NCBI GenBank assembly: GCA_001938485.1
Contig: MQRK01241303.1
Coordinates: forward strand, 1-51,319
Direction: 5' to 3'
DNA length: 51,319 nt
DNA from: Girardia tigrina
Taxonomy: Eukaryota
Shown: positions 1 through 12,269 of the stretch, piece by piece
Layout: each line of letters opens with the position of its first letter
Numbering within the stretch: the first letter of the stretch is position 1
Program-made: the position numbers and the translations under genes
Notes under the pieces: generated by a model
Told to the model about the DNA's origin: nothing
Database searches by the model: none
What the model saw: the letters and a program-made list of their open reading frames with translations, nothing else

Positions 1-795
1 ATTTTAGGGCAACGTGACCTTATTAACAATGCTTCACACGACACTCTCTCCCAATAACTGTCAAAATGCTCACAGAATTTTGAAATTATCAAAATTAACA
101 TCACATTTACATTTTTTCCCATGTTCTGCAATATTACTCTTACTCTCTTTTCGACCATGTTCTTGAATTCGTTTACAGAGATTATTAACAACATCACAAT
201 TTGAATGCAAACATTTATTTACAACACACACAGATTCTTCACAACACTTGTCAGTGGTCATCTTTCTTTGATTAATATAGTTTTTGATTAACTACTCAAA
301 TATGAAAAAAATTAATGAATGGGGAAATATTAATATTACATTTTAATTTCTCTTAATTTTTATTGGATAAAAATACATTATGTAATTTTTAAAATAAACA
401 TTAATTTTTTAAAAATATTAAATTTAATAAGTTAAAATCGTTTACTGAAAATATTATTAAAATTCATAATTATCAAACTTTAATTAATTAGTACTTTAAT
501 TTAATATNATTAAATTAATTTCATTAGATTCAAATAATTAATCAAATAACATATCAATCCCATCTGAGTAGGAGAGTCACAAATCTAAACAGCATAAAAA
601 ACAACAAACTTACAACATTCACAATTATCCCTCACAGAGATGACGGGCAATCTCTCCAATGTATGTGGCATCGCACCCATTGTATTTATATTCATAAACA
701 ATATCAGAACAAAGTGTTAAAGGTGTAATAGATTTATTACTGAACATATTTTGAATTTTATGAGATCGTGATATAATTTTTAAATTTAATTCATT
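1..795 (-). mobile_element. Penelope-like element GIY-YIG endonuclease remnant, split by a 451-bp insertion
   Basis: 634-795 reads CSDIVYEYKYNGCDATYIGEIARHLC and 1-182 resumes LCKRIQEHG...SNIAEH...FKIL. Homologous to the contiguous copy at 11200-11540. Confidence 0.88.
183..633 (-). mobile_element. Short insertion with 8-bp target-site duplication; unclassified, possibly a 5'-truncated Penelope-type tail
   Basis: ACAGAGAT at 175-182 and 634-641; the uninterrupted homologous site near 9503-9517 has the motif once. No TIR or poly(A). Related sequence at 8761-8871 and 12565-12980. Confidence 0.7.
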
Positions 796-799
796 GTTA

Positions 800-1017
800 A
801 AGGTGAAGATGTTAGCAACGAAGGTCGACGATCTAACAAAGGCTGCATTCATGGCTGGACTGCCTTTCGAGTTGCAGTTGGATTTGGAACGAGCCGGTGA
901 CCAACCCCTGACCGAAATGATCAAATATAGCCGCAGGTATTTGGGGATTAAAAAGGGTTTATTACAGGGTTCAATGGCAGCAATACAACACGGAAACAAC
1001 AGCAAAGAAACACGGAG
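800..1017 (+). mobile_element. Ty3/Gypsy gag fragment
   Basis: LTKAAFMAGLPFELQLDL resembles the Gypsy gag AFxxGLP motif; ends at an N gap. Confidence 0.55.
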
Positions 1018-1067
1018 NNNNNNNNNNNNNNNNNNNNNNNNNNNNNNNNNNNNNNNNNNNNNNNNNN

Positions 1068-1186
1068 CTAGTAATTCTTTTCTGGTAATGCAATAACCAA
1101 GTTCATGTTTATTCATCTTATGAGAACCATATGCAATAACTCTTTCTCTTCCACTCAAGTCTTTTTGTGACAGTACTGCTCCAATC
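1068..1186 (-). mobile_element. Ty3/Gypsy RNase H fragment
   Basis: IGAVLSQ...ERVIAYGSHKMNKHELGYCITRKELL, close to the RNase H at 23582-24370. Confidence 0.85.
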
Positions 1187-1210
1187 ATTAATATAATCAT
1201 ATATAATATA

Positions 1211-1350
1211 TAATTTAATATCATTAAATTAATTTCATTAGATTCAAATAATTAATCAAATAACATATCAATCCCATCTGAGTAGGAGAGTCACAAATCT
1301 AAACAGCATAAAAAACAACAAACTTACAACATTCACAATTATCCCTCACA
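1211..1350. repeat. 140-bp direct duplicate of 497-636
   Basis: Identical apart from the N at 508. Close to gaps, so possibly an assembly overlap. Confidence 0.85.
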
Positions 1351-1646
1351 ATGGCATCAGGAAAGTTTATTATTTTTGGTAGTTTATTTTTAGTGACACT
1401 TAAATCATCAATTATAAGGAAAAAATACATTCTTCGAAAAATCTATAACCTATATGATCAAAATATCTATATCAATTTATAAATTAAATAAAATGTTTAA
1501 TATTATTGATATAATTCAGTAATTATAGTAATCTTTTAATACGATCAAAAGACATGTTTAGATTTTTGTTTAAATCATTATCAGCAATTATAAATTAACA
1601 CTTAATAAACTGGTCAAAGAATTTTATATTTTATATTTTAGGTAAT

Positions 1647-1757
1647 CAGCGGATCACGGAATATTCCGCTTTTTAAGACTGTAGATACAGAGAACGCAAT
1701 GTTTACTCTGTAAACGCAAAATCTTAAAAAAAAGAGAATATTCCGGTTTATATACTG
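1647..1757. mobile_element. Small decayed fold-back MITE
   Basis: Nested inverted blocks CGGAATATTC/GAATATTCCG, TTTTTAAGA/TCTTAAAAA, TACAGAG/CTCTGTA. Confidence 0.5.
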
Positions 1758-2723
1758 CTTATGTCTAGTGAAAAATAAAGGAAAAGTCAATGGGCTGATT
1801 ATTAGGTAATAATGCAAATTATTTAAAATAAAAATGGTTATCGAATAATCAGAAAAAATAATAAAATAAATAGTATTTGCTAATAATAGAAAGTTTTATT
1901 GAATTAAGAATTTGAAGTATTGGTTTTACTTTTCCAATTTGAATGTTAATTAATTGGTTATAGTGTCTAATCTATAATGATTCACTAAACTGAACTTGTA
2001 ATGTGAATCAAAACACTTTTATAGAATGGATGACTCAGCTTTTTAAATAATGAGGTTTTACCCTTACAATGCATTTGGCGATCAAGAAAGGTACTCGAGC
2101 GACTTAGTTGTGAATATTAATTAAAATGGGTTTTGAGATGATGATCTGTGTCTAAAATGTACGAATTTTTGCATCCATTACAATTAAATTTATATGCATA
2201 AAACAATTGATACACTAAGTGATAAATTGGTTTCGTATTTCTCTAATGGAGAGAGCAGTCAATCGATATTCCAGATAGATGTTGTCCTGAATCACTTCAG
2301 TGTCAATACAAGGGATATTTGAACCGGTCTCTCTCTGAACGATGGTATGACAGACGCGGGGAATCAGAATAGCCAACCAGAAGTACTGATGTCGCATCAT
2401 CCGTCTTCAGGCTAAGATTTATCTACGAAGCAAAGTTTACTTACCACCAGAGCGGATATTTATAAATTTTGTTTCACTGCTAGAAACAATATAAAACGTA
2501 TTGATGTACATTTCATTTAACATTTTTTGAAGAGTAATAAATGATTTCCCTAGAAGAATCAACAGATGCCCGAGAGTGAATGACATACATGTACGAAATA
2601 GTACATTTAGTTATCTTGTCTTATTACATGTGTTAAAATGTGTATTCATTTTTATTAAAAATACTGAAATTTCGTTGTTTCGCATTGAATAAAAACTTCA
2701 AAAACTTTTTGAACATTATGTAT

Positions 2724-4223
2724 ATGCTATGGCGAATTTGTGTAATTGCCTAATTTGTGAACAGGTCAATTTTTGCCAAATTCACTAACTATATGATAAA
2801 TTTTCATTTTAAATGAAAATTTCTCAATTTAAAATGAAAAACTATATAATTAATATGAAAAAAATATCAATTAAATATGAAAAAAATCAATTTAATATGA
2901 AAAATATCAATTTAATATGATGTTACATGTTAAATTTATTTCTTGAATGAAATATTTAACATGAAAAAATATAGATAGTTATTTGTTTAAATAATATCTA
3001 TTTTAAAAGTATTTTAGTGAAAAATAAATTTAACATGTAACATCATATTAAATTGATATTTTTCATATTAAATTGATTTTTTTTCATATTTAATTGATAT
3101 TTTTTTCATATCATCGCCCGGATAGCTTGTAATAACGAATCACAAATCAATTAAAATTTATTTTTCACTAAAATACTTTTAAAATAGATATTATTTAAAC
3201 AAATAATTATCTTTATTAAAGAGAATTGCGTCTCGATCGAATATCAGTATCATGGGAGCATTATGATGGTATAACAATACACCATCCGACGGAAAGGAGA
3301 CACCTAGTTCAACACTTTACAAGTACATTCCAGTCGGTTTGGAGATAATCGAAAGAATTGAAAAGGAGCCGGTTTACAATAAGGTAAAGACAGACTTCGT
3401 AGAGCAACAGTTANNNNNNNNNNNNNNNNNNNNNNNNNNNNNNNNNNNNNNNNNNNNNNNNNNNNNNNNNNNNNNNNNNNNNNNNNNNNNNNNNNNNNNN
3501 NNNNNNNNNNNNGATGGTTTTTGCGGTCCACGGCATATAGCAGATATTCGACCAAGACAACCAGACCTGCCGCGAAACTCTTACTCGGATTACATGTTGG
3601 AAAATAACAACGAATCAGCTCCGAGTGTTAATCAAAGTGAATCAGGAATCAGCAACAGACCCCAAAGAGAAAGACGAAAACCGAAATATTTGAACGAGTA
3701 TGTGATAGATATAGATTTTTGTGATGAAGAATCTGGGGGGAGTGTTACATGTTAAATTTATTTCTTGAATGAAATATTTAACATGAAAAAATATAGATAA
3801 TTATTTGTTTAAATAATATCTATTTTAAAAGTATTTTAGTGAAAAATAAATTTTAATTGATTTGTGATTCGTTGTTACATATGAGAAAATACCAATTTAA
3901 TATCCAAAATTCTGTATTTAATATGACAAAAATATCAATTTAATATGAAAAAAAACAAATTAAATAGGAAAAAAATCTTAATTTATTATGCAAAGATAGA
4001 CTCCAAATGTAAAATTTTTATTCATAGTTAATAAAACTTCTTCCTTGGCGGTAAGCTGAATTGCAAATGTTTGTATTTTAAAAACATTTTATCATAGTAA
4101 ATTGATATTTCCTCGTATTAAATAATAATCAATTTCATAATTGAATTTAAAAAAATTTAAAAAAATTGCCGAGTTCGTGAATTCGGCAAATGAGTTATCG
4201 AATACACGAATTCGGCATAACAT
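2724..4223. mobile_element. Decayed non-autonomous TIR element with internal ~20-bp tandem repeats; host of an LTR insertion
   Basis: Left ATGCTATGGCGAATTTGTGTA vs reverse complement of the right end ATGTTATGCCGAATTCGTGTA. AATTTAATATGAAAAAATATC-like repeats lie on both sides of the LTR element. Confidence 0.5.
2921..3879 (+). mobile_element. Internally deleted and rearranged Ty3/Gypsy element with 137-bp LTRs
   Basis: 5-bp TSD TATGA (2916-2920, 3880-3884). 3' LTR 3743-3879 (TG..CA) follows a PPT (GGGGGGAG). 5' LTR starts at 2921. Integrase tail IKRIASR..WYNNTP..., RHIADIR, RPQRERRKPKYLNEY. Confidence 0.9.
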
Positions 4224-4526
4224 TGTAATTTTTACATTATTTGTTTTGTATGGTGGTAATGAGTGATCAATCATAATCAATCACTTTTTTGGAAATAATT
4301 TACTTATATGGTGACTGGATTTTTCTAAAAATATAAATTATTCAGTTTTCTACAAATAAAATATTGATTAATAACAAATGTAAAAGTATCTTGTTTACAT
4401 TATCATAAACAGAAAATAATATATTTGACATAAGTAAATAAACTTCAAACAAAAAATGAATAATTATTATTAATAAAATAACAAAATTATTTTAATATTT
4501 TTCAATTAGTTTAAAATATAATTTTA

Positions 4527-4691
<165 letters not shown>

Positions 4692-5619
4692 CTAGATATA
4701 TTTATTCATCAACGTCTATCACATTTTTGATATTGGATTAAGTTTGTCCATGAATTAGGGTTTGTCCATGCAGTAATCCACAATATTTATCAATTACAAT
4801 TTGTAAAGTTTCATGAAAAAATATTTTTGATGAACTTTTGTTTTCTGTTTTTTATTATATTAAAAAAAATAAATATTCATTCAATTTTTATTATTTATTT
4901 TCAAAATTAAAATACTCGTATTATTAGATTTCAGATAAAAATAAGAAGTGATTTTTTACAAATAATATTTTTAATGATTTAAATTATTATTTATTTAAAA
5001 AAATTATTCAATAATTTAAAATTTTTAAATATTATTTTTTCTATATATTTATTATTTTTATTAAAAAAAATAATTGACAAAAAAACCTTTTTCAGTATGT
5101 GATTTTAATATTAATTTTTTTCAATAAAATTATGCACGATTTAGTATTGATTGATTTTAATCAAAAAATTTGATTGATTTTTATCTTAATATTGATAAAA
5201 AAAACTAAAACAGAAATACAGGTGTCACAGGAAATTGTGTAAATTACTAGCTGGTGTACTAACTGTGCATTTGTTAATTAAATTAAATAAATAACTTAAA
5301 AGCCATTTACAATAACAGATATCACAAACATTTTTTCGACATTTAATGATGCTATTTGAGCAATGATATTATTTGGTGCTTTCATTTTTTCAATGCGAAA
5401 TCTTAAATAAAAAACAAAAATTTTATTCATCCTCGTCCAAGAATTTGATATCCTAATATAGTGGATTCCGCTTTATTGGGACTTATCGTGACTTTGGCAC
5501 TTTGTCCTAATTAAGAGAATATCACGTTTTTTCAATTCAATTCATGCTATTAAATAATAATGACCAAATTTAATAAAACGATGCTTATTTTTATTCAACA
5601 ATTGAGAATACATAAAATA

Positions 5620-5960
5620 ATATTATTAATAAAAAAATTTTTTATAAAAACAACCACGTTTTTCAAGCATTACCAATGCACTAAAAAGAGGAAAATAATT
5701 TTTTTTCTAGACATGTGCGAAATTTTATACCTAACCAAAAACGTGAAGCGGATTTCTGAATTACTGCTATTAGTAACTGCTATTTTCACTTTACTGCTTT
5801 TTAGTAACAATCGATCATTTCTATGCCCCACGTTTTTGGTTAGGTATAAAATTTCGCACATGTCTAGAAAAAAAATTATTTTCCTCTTTTTGTGCATTGG
5901 TAATGCTTGAAAAACGTGGTTGTTTTTATAAAAAAAATTTTTTTATTAATAATATTATTT
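5620..5960. repeat. ~215-bp interspersed repeat plus fold-back duplication
   Basis: 5620-5838 is near-identical to the reverse complement of 22547-22765; 5830-5960 is an inverted copy of 5620-5746. Confidence 0.85.
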
Positions 5961-6643
5961 TACTATTTTTAGTTATCATTTAGGAGTTCAAATCTTTCGA
6001 TTGATTTCGAATAACAGAAATGATAATAAAACCAAAACAACAAAGTTTTATTTTAATAAAAGCAAGTTTTATTTCAAAATAATTTTTTTGTACGTATTAA
6101 TTAATATTATTGATTTTTTTTCATAAAGTTAAAATTTTCATAAAGTTAAATTATAGCATATNNNNNNNNNNNNGAGCCGTAAATGTTTTAAAATATTGTA
6201 TTGTCATCGGAAGCAAGCCTGTATAAAAAAAATCAGCTCAATTGGATGACTGAAAGTGGTCGAAAAATCAATCGCAAGATTTGTTCCAGACAAGAAACGA
6301 AGTAAAACGTGGTAAAAAAACAATAATTTTTAATTAAAATAATAAATAGCCAGGCACATAGAATGTTATTCAATTAAAAAGGAGTCAAGTGTAGTCTGCC
6401 TTTTGTTATTGTAACATTTCATTTGTACAAAATCTGCACAGATATTCAGTGCAGATGTAGGGCTCCTTTCATTTCCTTCTTGTATAAAATAACACTGTCA
6501 CACGGCCATACATTTTTTGCGTCCTGGTTAGTCACAGGTACAATTGACTCCTTATCATCGTCATAATCATTTAATTTTTCATGTTTCTGCAATAGAATCC
6601 TCACAGTCTTCCTTATCATCGTAACATGGTAAATTATTATCGA

Positions 6644-7342
6644 CTAGAAAAATACCCGTCATAAATGACGGGTGAGCTGAATTTTCGACTTTGAAAGTTT
6701 CTGTTTTAATTTTTTGAATCGTAATTATTATAATTTATTATTTATTGCTTAGAATTCTGTGTTGATTTAACAGTCAGTCAGTTAAATCGGCTTCCGAAAC
6801 CTTTCGGAAAAAGCACCGTACAGACAGAACCGTCTCGATGTGGACTATTCAGGGTTATCTCAACTATACATGGATTCATTCCCTGTTCCTCCAATATTTC
6901 TCATTTTATCAGCATATATGTGATCATAGTAAAATTTGAGCTTGACCGAAAAACCCTGAATCAGATGATAACGAAATTTTGCAAATTTAACTTAAATTGA
7001 TTTTTAGAAATATAATTAGTAAATAAGTGATAGAAATCGTCATTTATCAAATAGATTAGTATTCTCATAAAAATTTTCACGAAATTCCGTGTAGGAATCA
7101 TCAAAATCGCCATTATTCGAAATCGGTGTTAATTTAACCAATAACTTGTACGTTTTTCGATCGATTTCATCGGCTTCCGGGCGTTTTCAGCAAAGGCGCT
7201 ACACCGACAAAATTGTATTGATGCGGGCTATCCAGTTTGACCACGTCCTTAAATGGATTCACTGTGGTTACTCCGCAATTTCACATTGAAAAGCGTAACC
7301 GACAAACAAGCCAACACACTTTTTAGGCAAATATTATATGTA
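6644..7342 (-). mobile_element. Non-autonomous Helitron, 699 bp
   Basis: 3' CTAG preceded by hairpin ACCCGTCAT..ATGACGGGT (6654-6673). Inserted between A and T with no TSD; removing it restores Tigger EEFLT|IDNNLPCYD. The 5' end reads TA instead of the canonical TC. Confidence 0.85.
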
Positions 7343-9173
7343 TTGTTAGAAATTCTTCATAGTTAATAATAAGAACTTGCTACATATTCTCCTTTTCTTC
7401 GTCGCTTAAAAATTTGGAAATATCTAAGGGTTTAAAGCAACAATTGATAAAACAGTTCTGTATTGTATTGGTTTTTATAGCTTGCCAACTGTCAACGAGG
7501 GGAATTTTTGAACTAATCTCTCTGGCTGTAGTGGAACTTGTTAATAAGTTTTCATCAATAGATTCTAATATGTAATTAACCAATTTTCAACGATACAAAG
7601 TCTTTAAATTTTTTATTACGTCCATATCCATTGGTTGAACTAACGATGTGGTACTTGGGGGAATAAATTCCAGCTGTATATTTTGTAGATTGTCTAAATG
7701 AGGATGTGTCGCAAAATTGTCAACAAGCAGCAAAATTTTTCTTTGTTGAATTTGTAAGTTTTGATCCCAACTAGTAAGCCACTCTCGAAAAATTTCGGAA
7801 GTCATCCATGCATTTTTGTTCGTATAGTACTCCACTGGTAAAGCCTCCATTCTTAATCCTTTCAAGCATCGAGGCCTACAACTTTTTCCAATAATCAGTA
7901 GCTTTCGTTTGTCAGTACCCAACATATTTGCCCAACATAACACAGTAATACGGTCCATCGCTTTTTTATAACCGGACAGTGTTATGTGTTTATAACATAA
8001 GGAACCATCTCGCGTTGCACGATAATAGAGACCGGTTTCATCGGCATTGAAAATGTCATCAGCACAAAATTTCTCTAAAAAAGTAGGGATTTTCATAGTG
8101 TTCCACTGTTCGGCACTTTCGTTGTCGGCACTGCCCTTTTCACTGTGTGCTTTTCTAAATTTAATATTGTGTCTTGCTTTCCATCGCGATAACCAACCAT
8201 CAGTTGATTTGAAATCGTTGCTTCCCAGTTTTTTATCCAATATTTCTAACTTTGCTTTTAACATTGGGCCGTTGATATTTACGCCTCTGCCACTAACGAT
8301 TGAAAAAATTTTATCTAATGCTTCTTCAACGTCTGGATCATTTCCCTCACGTTTTCTTTTGTATGTTCTTGCTTGTCGTTCTTGTAAAAGTAATTCCTCA
8401 CGAAGTTGATTCTCTTGTTGTAAGACACGCGATATGGTAGATTTTGGTACACCAGTGATCTCAGCAAGACGACGATAACTTGTATTAGGTGGCAGATTTT
8501 TATTTTATTCAGCAACGCAATTTTATTTGAAAGTGTCAAATCATTTCTTGGCATTTTGGCAAGGATTAATTTTTTTGTAAATAAACAAACAAAATAAAGT
8601 TTAAATTTACTGTTCCAATTAAACAAACAATTTCATTATTTATTTCTTGTTTTTGTTTCGGTTCTTTGAGATTTGTCCCAAATAAGCGGCTGTCCCAATT
8701 AATTTATGCGTGTCAAGAAGAAGGCCACATAAGAAGAACAGAAATGGCCATTATAGAACTCAATAATCAAAAACTATATCAATCAAAGAAAGATGACCAA
8801 TGAGAATTGTTGTGAAGAATCTGTTTGTGTTGTCAATAAATGTTCACATCCAAATTGTGATGTTGCTAATAGTATTTATGTGGAGAGATAACTTTAGAGG
8901 AGAGAGCTTTGCATAAACTTTAGATCTAATAAAAGATTTCTATCAATAAAAATTGTTTATTGTTTTTGGTTCGTTGTTATTTATTACATTATTAAATTAC
9001 GTAAAATTATTTGTGTTGGGGGACATTTTTACAAGTGCCATTTTAGGGGCGGAATTTGTACAAGATCCCTGCATTGTAATTTTAGTATATTCATCACATT
9101 CAGAGTTATTCCCTATTTACTATTAATATTAATTATTATAAACAAATAAACGCCATTTAAAAATATATTTTAG

Positions 9174-9212
9174 GATAATATATTTCGACGGTTTAACCGT
9201 CATCGTCAGATC
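9174..9212 (-). ncRNA. Minimal type I hammerhead ribozyme (Penelope pLTR)
   Basis: GAU-CUGACGA-U-GACGG(UUAAA)CCGUC-GAAA-UAUA-UU-AUC: intact core, 5-bp stem II, palindromic AUAUAU stem III, 3-bp stem I. Confidence 0.8.
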
Positions 9213-11640
9213 ACTGATTATGTTCTTTTTTATTGCTTTTATATATGAAATGAATGATTATGCAATCACTTACGTAAGTCTAATCGAAAACTCTTAACAA
9301 ATTAGTTGAGAGTGCTGTTTGAACATTGATTTTAGGATCACATGATCTTATCAACAATGCTTCACATGACACTCTCTCCCAATAATTTTTTAAATGCTTG
9401 CACAATATCTTAAAATCATTTATGCTCATATTACAGTTACACGTTTTTTATGCTCAGCAATATCACTCTTTTACCCTTTTTGACTGTGTTCTTGGACTCG
9501 TTTGCAGAGATGACGGGCAGTCTCTCCGATTTATATGACATTGCACCCATTACATGTATATTGATAAACAATGTCCGAACACAATCCTAAAGGAGTATGT
9601 GATTTATTGCAAAACATATTCTCAACTTTAAATGATTGAGAAATAATTTTTAAATNNNNNNNNNNNNNNNNNNNNNNNNNNNNNNNNNNNNNNNNNNNNN
9701 NNNNNNNNNNNNNNNNNNNNNNNNNNNNNNNNNNNNNNNNNNNNNNNNNNNNNNNNNNNNNNNNNNNNNNNNNNNNNNNNNNNNNNNNNNNNNNNNNNNN
9801 NNNNNNNNNNNNNNNNNNNNNNNNNNNNNNNNNNNNNNNNNNNNNNNNNNNNNNNNNNNNNNNNNNNNNNNNNNNNNNNNNNNNNNNNNNNNNNNNNNNN
9901 NNNNNNNNNNNNNNNNNNNNNNNNNNNNNNNNNNNNNNNNNNNNNNNNNNNNNNNNNNNNNNNNNNNNNNNNNNNNNNNNNNNNNNNNNNNNNNNNNNNN
10001 NNNNNNNNNNNNNNNNNNNNNNNNNNNNNNNNNNNNNNNNNNNNNNNNNNNNNNNNNNNNNNNNNNNNNNNNNNNNNNNNNNNNNNNNNNNNNNNNNNNN
10101 NNNNNNNNNNNNNNNNNNNNNNNNNNNNNNNNNNNNNNNNNNNNNNNNNNNNNNNNNNNNNNNNNNNNNNNNNNNNNNNNNNNNNNNNNNNNNNNNNNNN
10201 NNNNNNNNNNNNNNNNNNNNNNNNNNNNNNNNNNNNNNNNNNNNNNNNNNTTTTCTTCAATGGAAGAAAGAAATATAGAGGCTAACGTCGGAGCCAATGG
10301 TGAACCCATTGCAACCCCATCTATTTGTTTGTACCATTCACCATTAAATAGAAAATGGACATTTGAAGTTGCAAATGTTAAGAGTTTTCGAAAAGCAACT
10401 TCATCTAAATCAGAATTGTCCAGATTATTCTTATGCCAAAGTTCACAACATAATTCGATGGTTTCCTGTAACGGAACATTAGTAAATAGACTCGATACAT
10501 CAAAGGAAACCATAAAATCATTTTCAGTTCGTATTTCAAAATTAGCAATGGAATTCACAAACTCAAAACTGTCCTTACAAATAAAATCATTAGGAATGAA
10601 AGATTTTATCTTCGTATCTAGATATTTAGCAATATTGTACTGAGACGTACGGATCATAGATTGAACCGGTCGCATTGTATGTATTCGCCATCTTTATGTA
10701 CTTTAGGAAGACCGTATAATTTTGCTGGTTGAGAACCAGACACATGAAGTAAGTCAAAAACATCCTTCGTAATGTGTCCATCATTTAAAAGGTTTTTTAA
10801 CAACGAGAACAAGTATATGAAATATATCGAAAGAAAACTGATACTGGTTTGTACACCTCCATAAACAGTTTTTGTGAGTTTAAATATAAAAGGAATATGA
10901 TCAAAGGTTTGTTATACCGCTCTTGGTCTCTTTCTTCNNNNNNNNNNNNNNNNNNNNNNNNNNNNNNNNNNNNNNNNNNNNNNNNNNNNNNNNNNNNNNN
11001 NNNTAAGTCCATCATAGACAGACTCACTCGTGAGACTGTAGATAAAATAATCGAAAAAGAAAAAATCAATAATGAACAAATTAATAGTTTAAACATTGGA
11101 AACTGCTTTACACCCGGGTATACTCTAAGCTTTCCTTACTCCGAGGGTTTTAAACACCTCAAGAATTCGATCTTGAAATCAACAGATAACATTTTAAATT
11201 TAAAAATTATTTCTCAATCATTTAAAGTTGAGAATATGTTTTGCAATAAATCACATACTCCTTTAGGATTGTGTTCGGACATTGTTTATCAATATACATG
11301 TAATGGGTGCAATGTCATATAAATCGGAGAGACTGCCCGTCATCTCTGCAAACGAGTCCAAGAACACAGTCAAAAAGGGTAAAAGAGTGATATTGCTGAG
11401 CATAAAAAACGTGTAACTGTAATATGAGCATAAATGATTTTAAGATGTTGTGCAAGCATTTTAACAATTATTGGGAGAGAGTGTCATGTGAAGCATTGTT
11501 GATAAGATCATGTGATCCTAAAATCAATGTTCAAACAGCACTCTCAACTAATTTGTTAAGAGTTTTCGATTAGACTTACGTAAGTGATTGCATAATCATT
11601 CATTTCTTATATAAAAGCAATAAAAAAGAACATAATCAGA

Positions 11641-11679
11641 GATCTGATGATGACGATTAAACCGTCGAAATATATTATC
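11641..11679 (+). ncRNA. Minimal type I hammerhead ribozyme (second pLTR arm)
   Basis: GAU-CUGAUGA-U-GACG(AUUAAAC)CGUC-GAAA-UAUA-UU-AUC. Confidence 0.77.
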
Positions 11680-11930
11680 CTAAAATATATTTTTAAATGG
11701 CGTTTATTTGTTTTTTATAAAAAATTGCCATCTTTTTTCAAGTTTATTTGTAATATTTATTATTGTTATATTTTTCTATTATTTTTTGTTTCTTTCTAAT
11801 TACTTTCTTTATCCTTTTTTAAAATCATTTGGAATAAACATATATTCTCTATGAGGGTCGATATGGAAGCAAATCCCCATTAGAACATTCTACGGTGACC
11901 ACAAGGACAATCGACACGAATAATCAATCA

Positions 11931-12116
<186 letters not shown>

Positions 12117-12269
12117 CTAAAGTGAATAAATTTGTCGTTAAAAATTAAAAATTCCAAGAAAACCGTTTGTTTTTACAAACATAAATTTATTATGCACCAT
12201 ATTTATATCTTGTTTTTGTTGTTAAATAAATCACATTAGAATTTTCAAAGAAAAATTTTAAAAAACCTA

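Larger units (their letters stand above)
5459..8702 (-). mobile_element. Tigger/pogo DNA transposon (CENP-B HTH + DDE_1), frameshifted, with nested insertions
   Basis: GWLSRWKARHNI, IFNADETGLYY, NAWMTSEIF, LLVDN, QPMD; C-terminus ...KRQTTLDSFL at ~6370-6643; TIR-like GTGGATTCCGCTTTATTGGGAC at ~5460 and GTCCCAATTAA repeats at 8675-8702. Confidence 0.9.
9141..11712 (-). mobile_element. Penelope-like element, 5'-truncated, with an inverted pseudo-LTR arm
   Basis: Minus RT 10251-10800 (YGLPKVHK, SFDVSSLFTNVP, QIDGVAMGSPLAP) and GIY-YIG/3'UTR 9141-9655. Plus-strand arm 10800-11712 (thumb, GIY-YIG, 3'UTR) mirrors it with a few substitutions. Confidence 0.93.

Noticed and set aside
625-1224. 199-aa ORF joining RNase H and GIY-YIG as a novel fusion
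   Set aside because: Reads through an N gap and antisense gag; a TE mosaic or misjoin.
5560-5910. Overlapping ORFs with mirrored peptides
   Set aside because: By-product of the inverted duplication.
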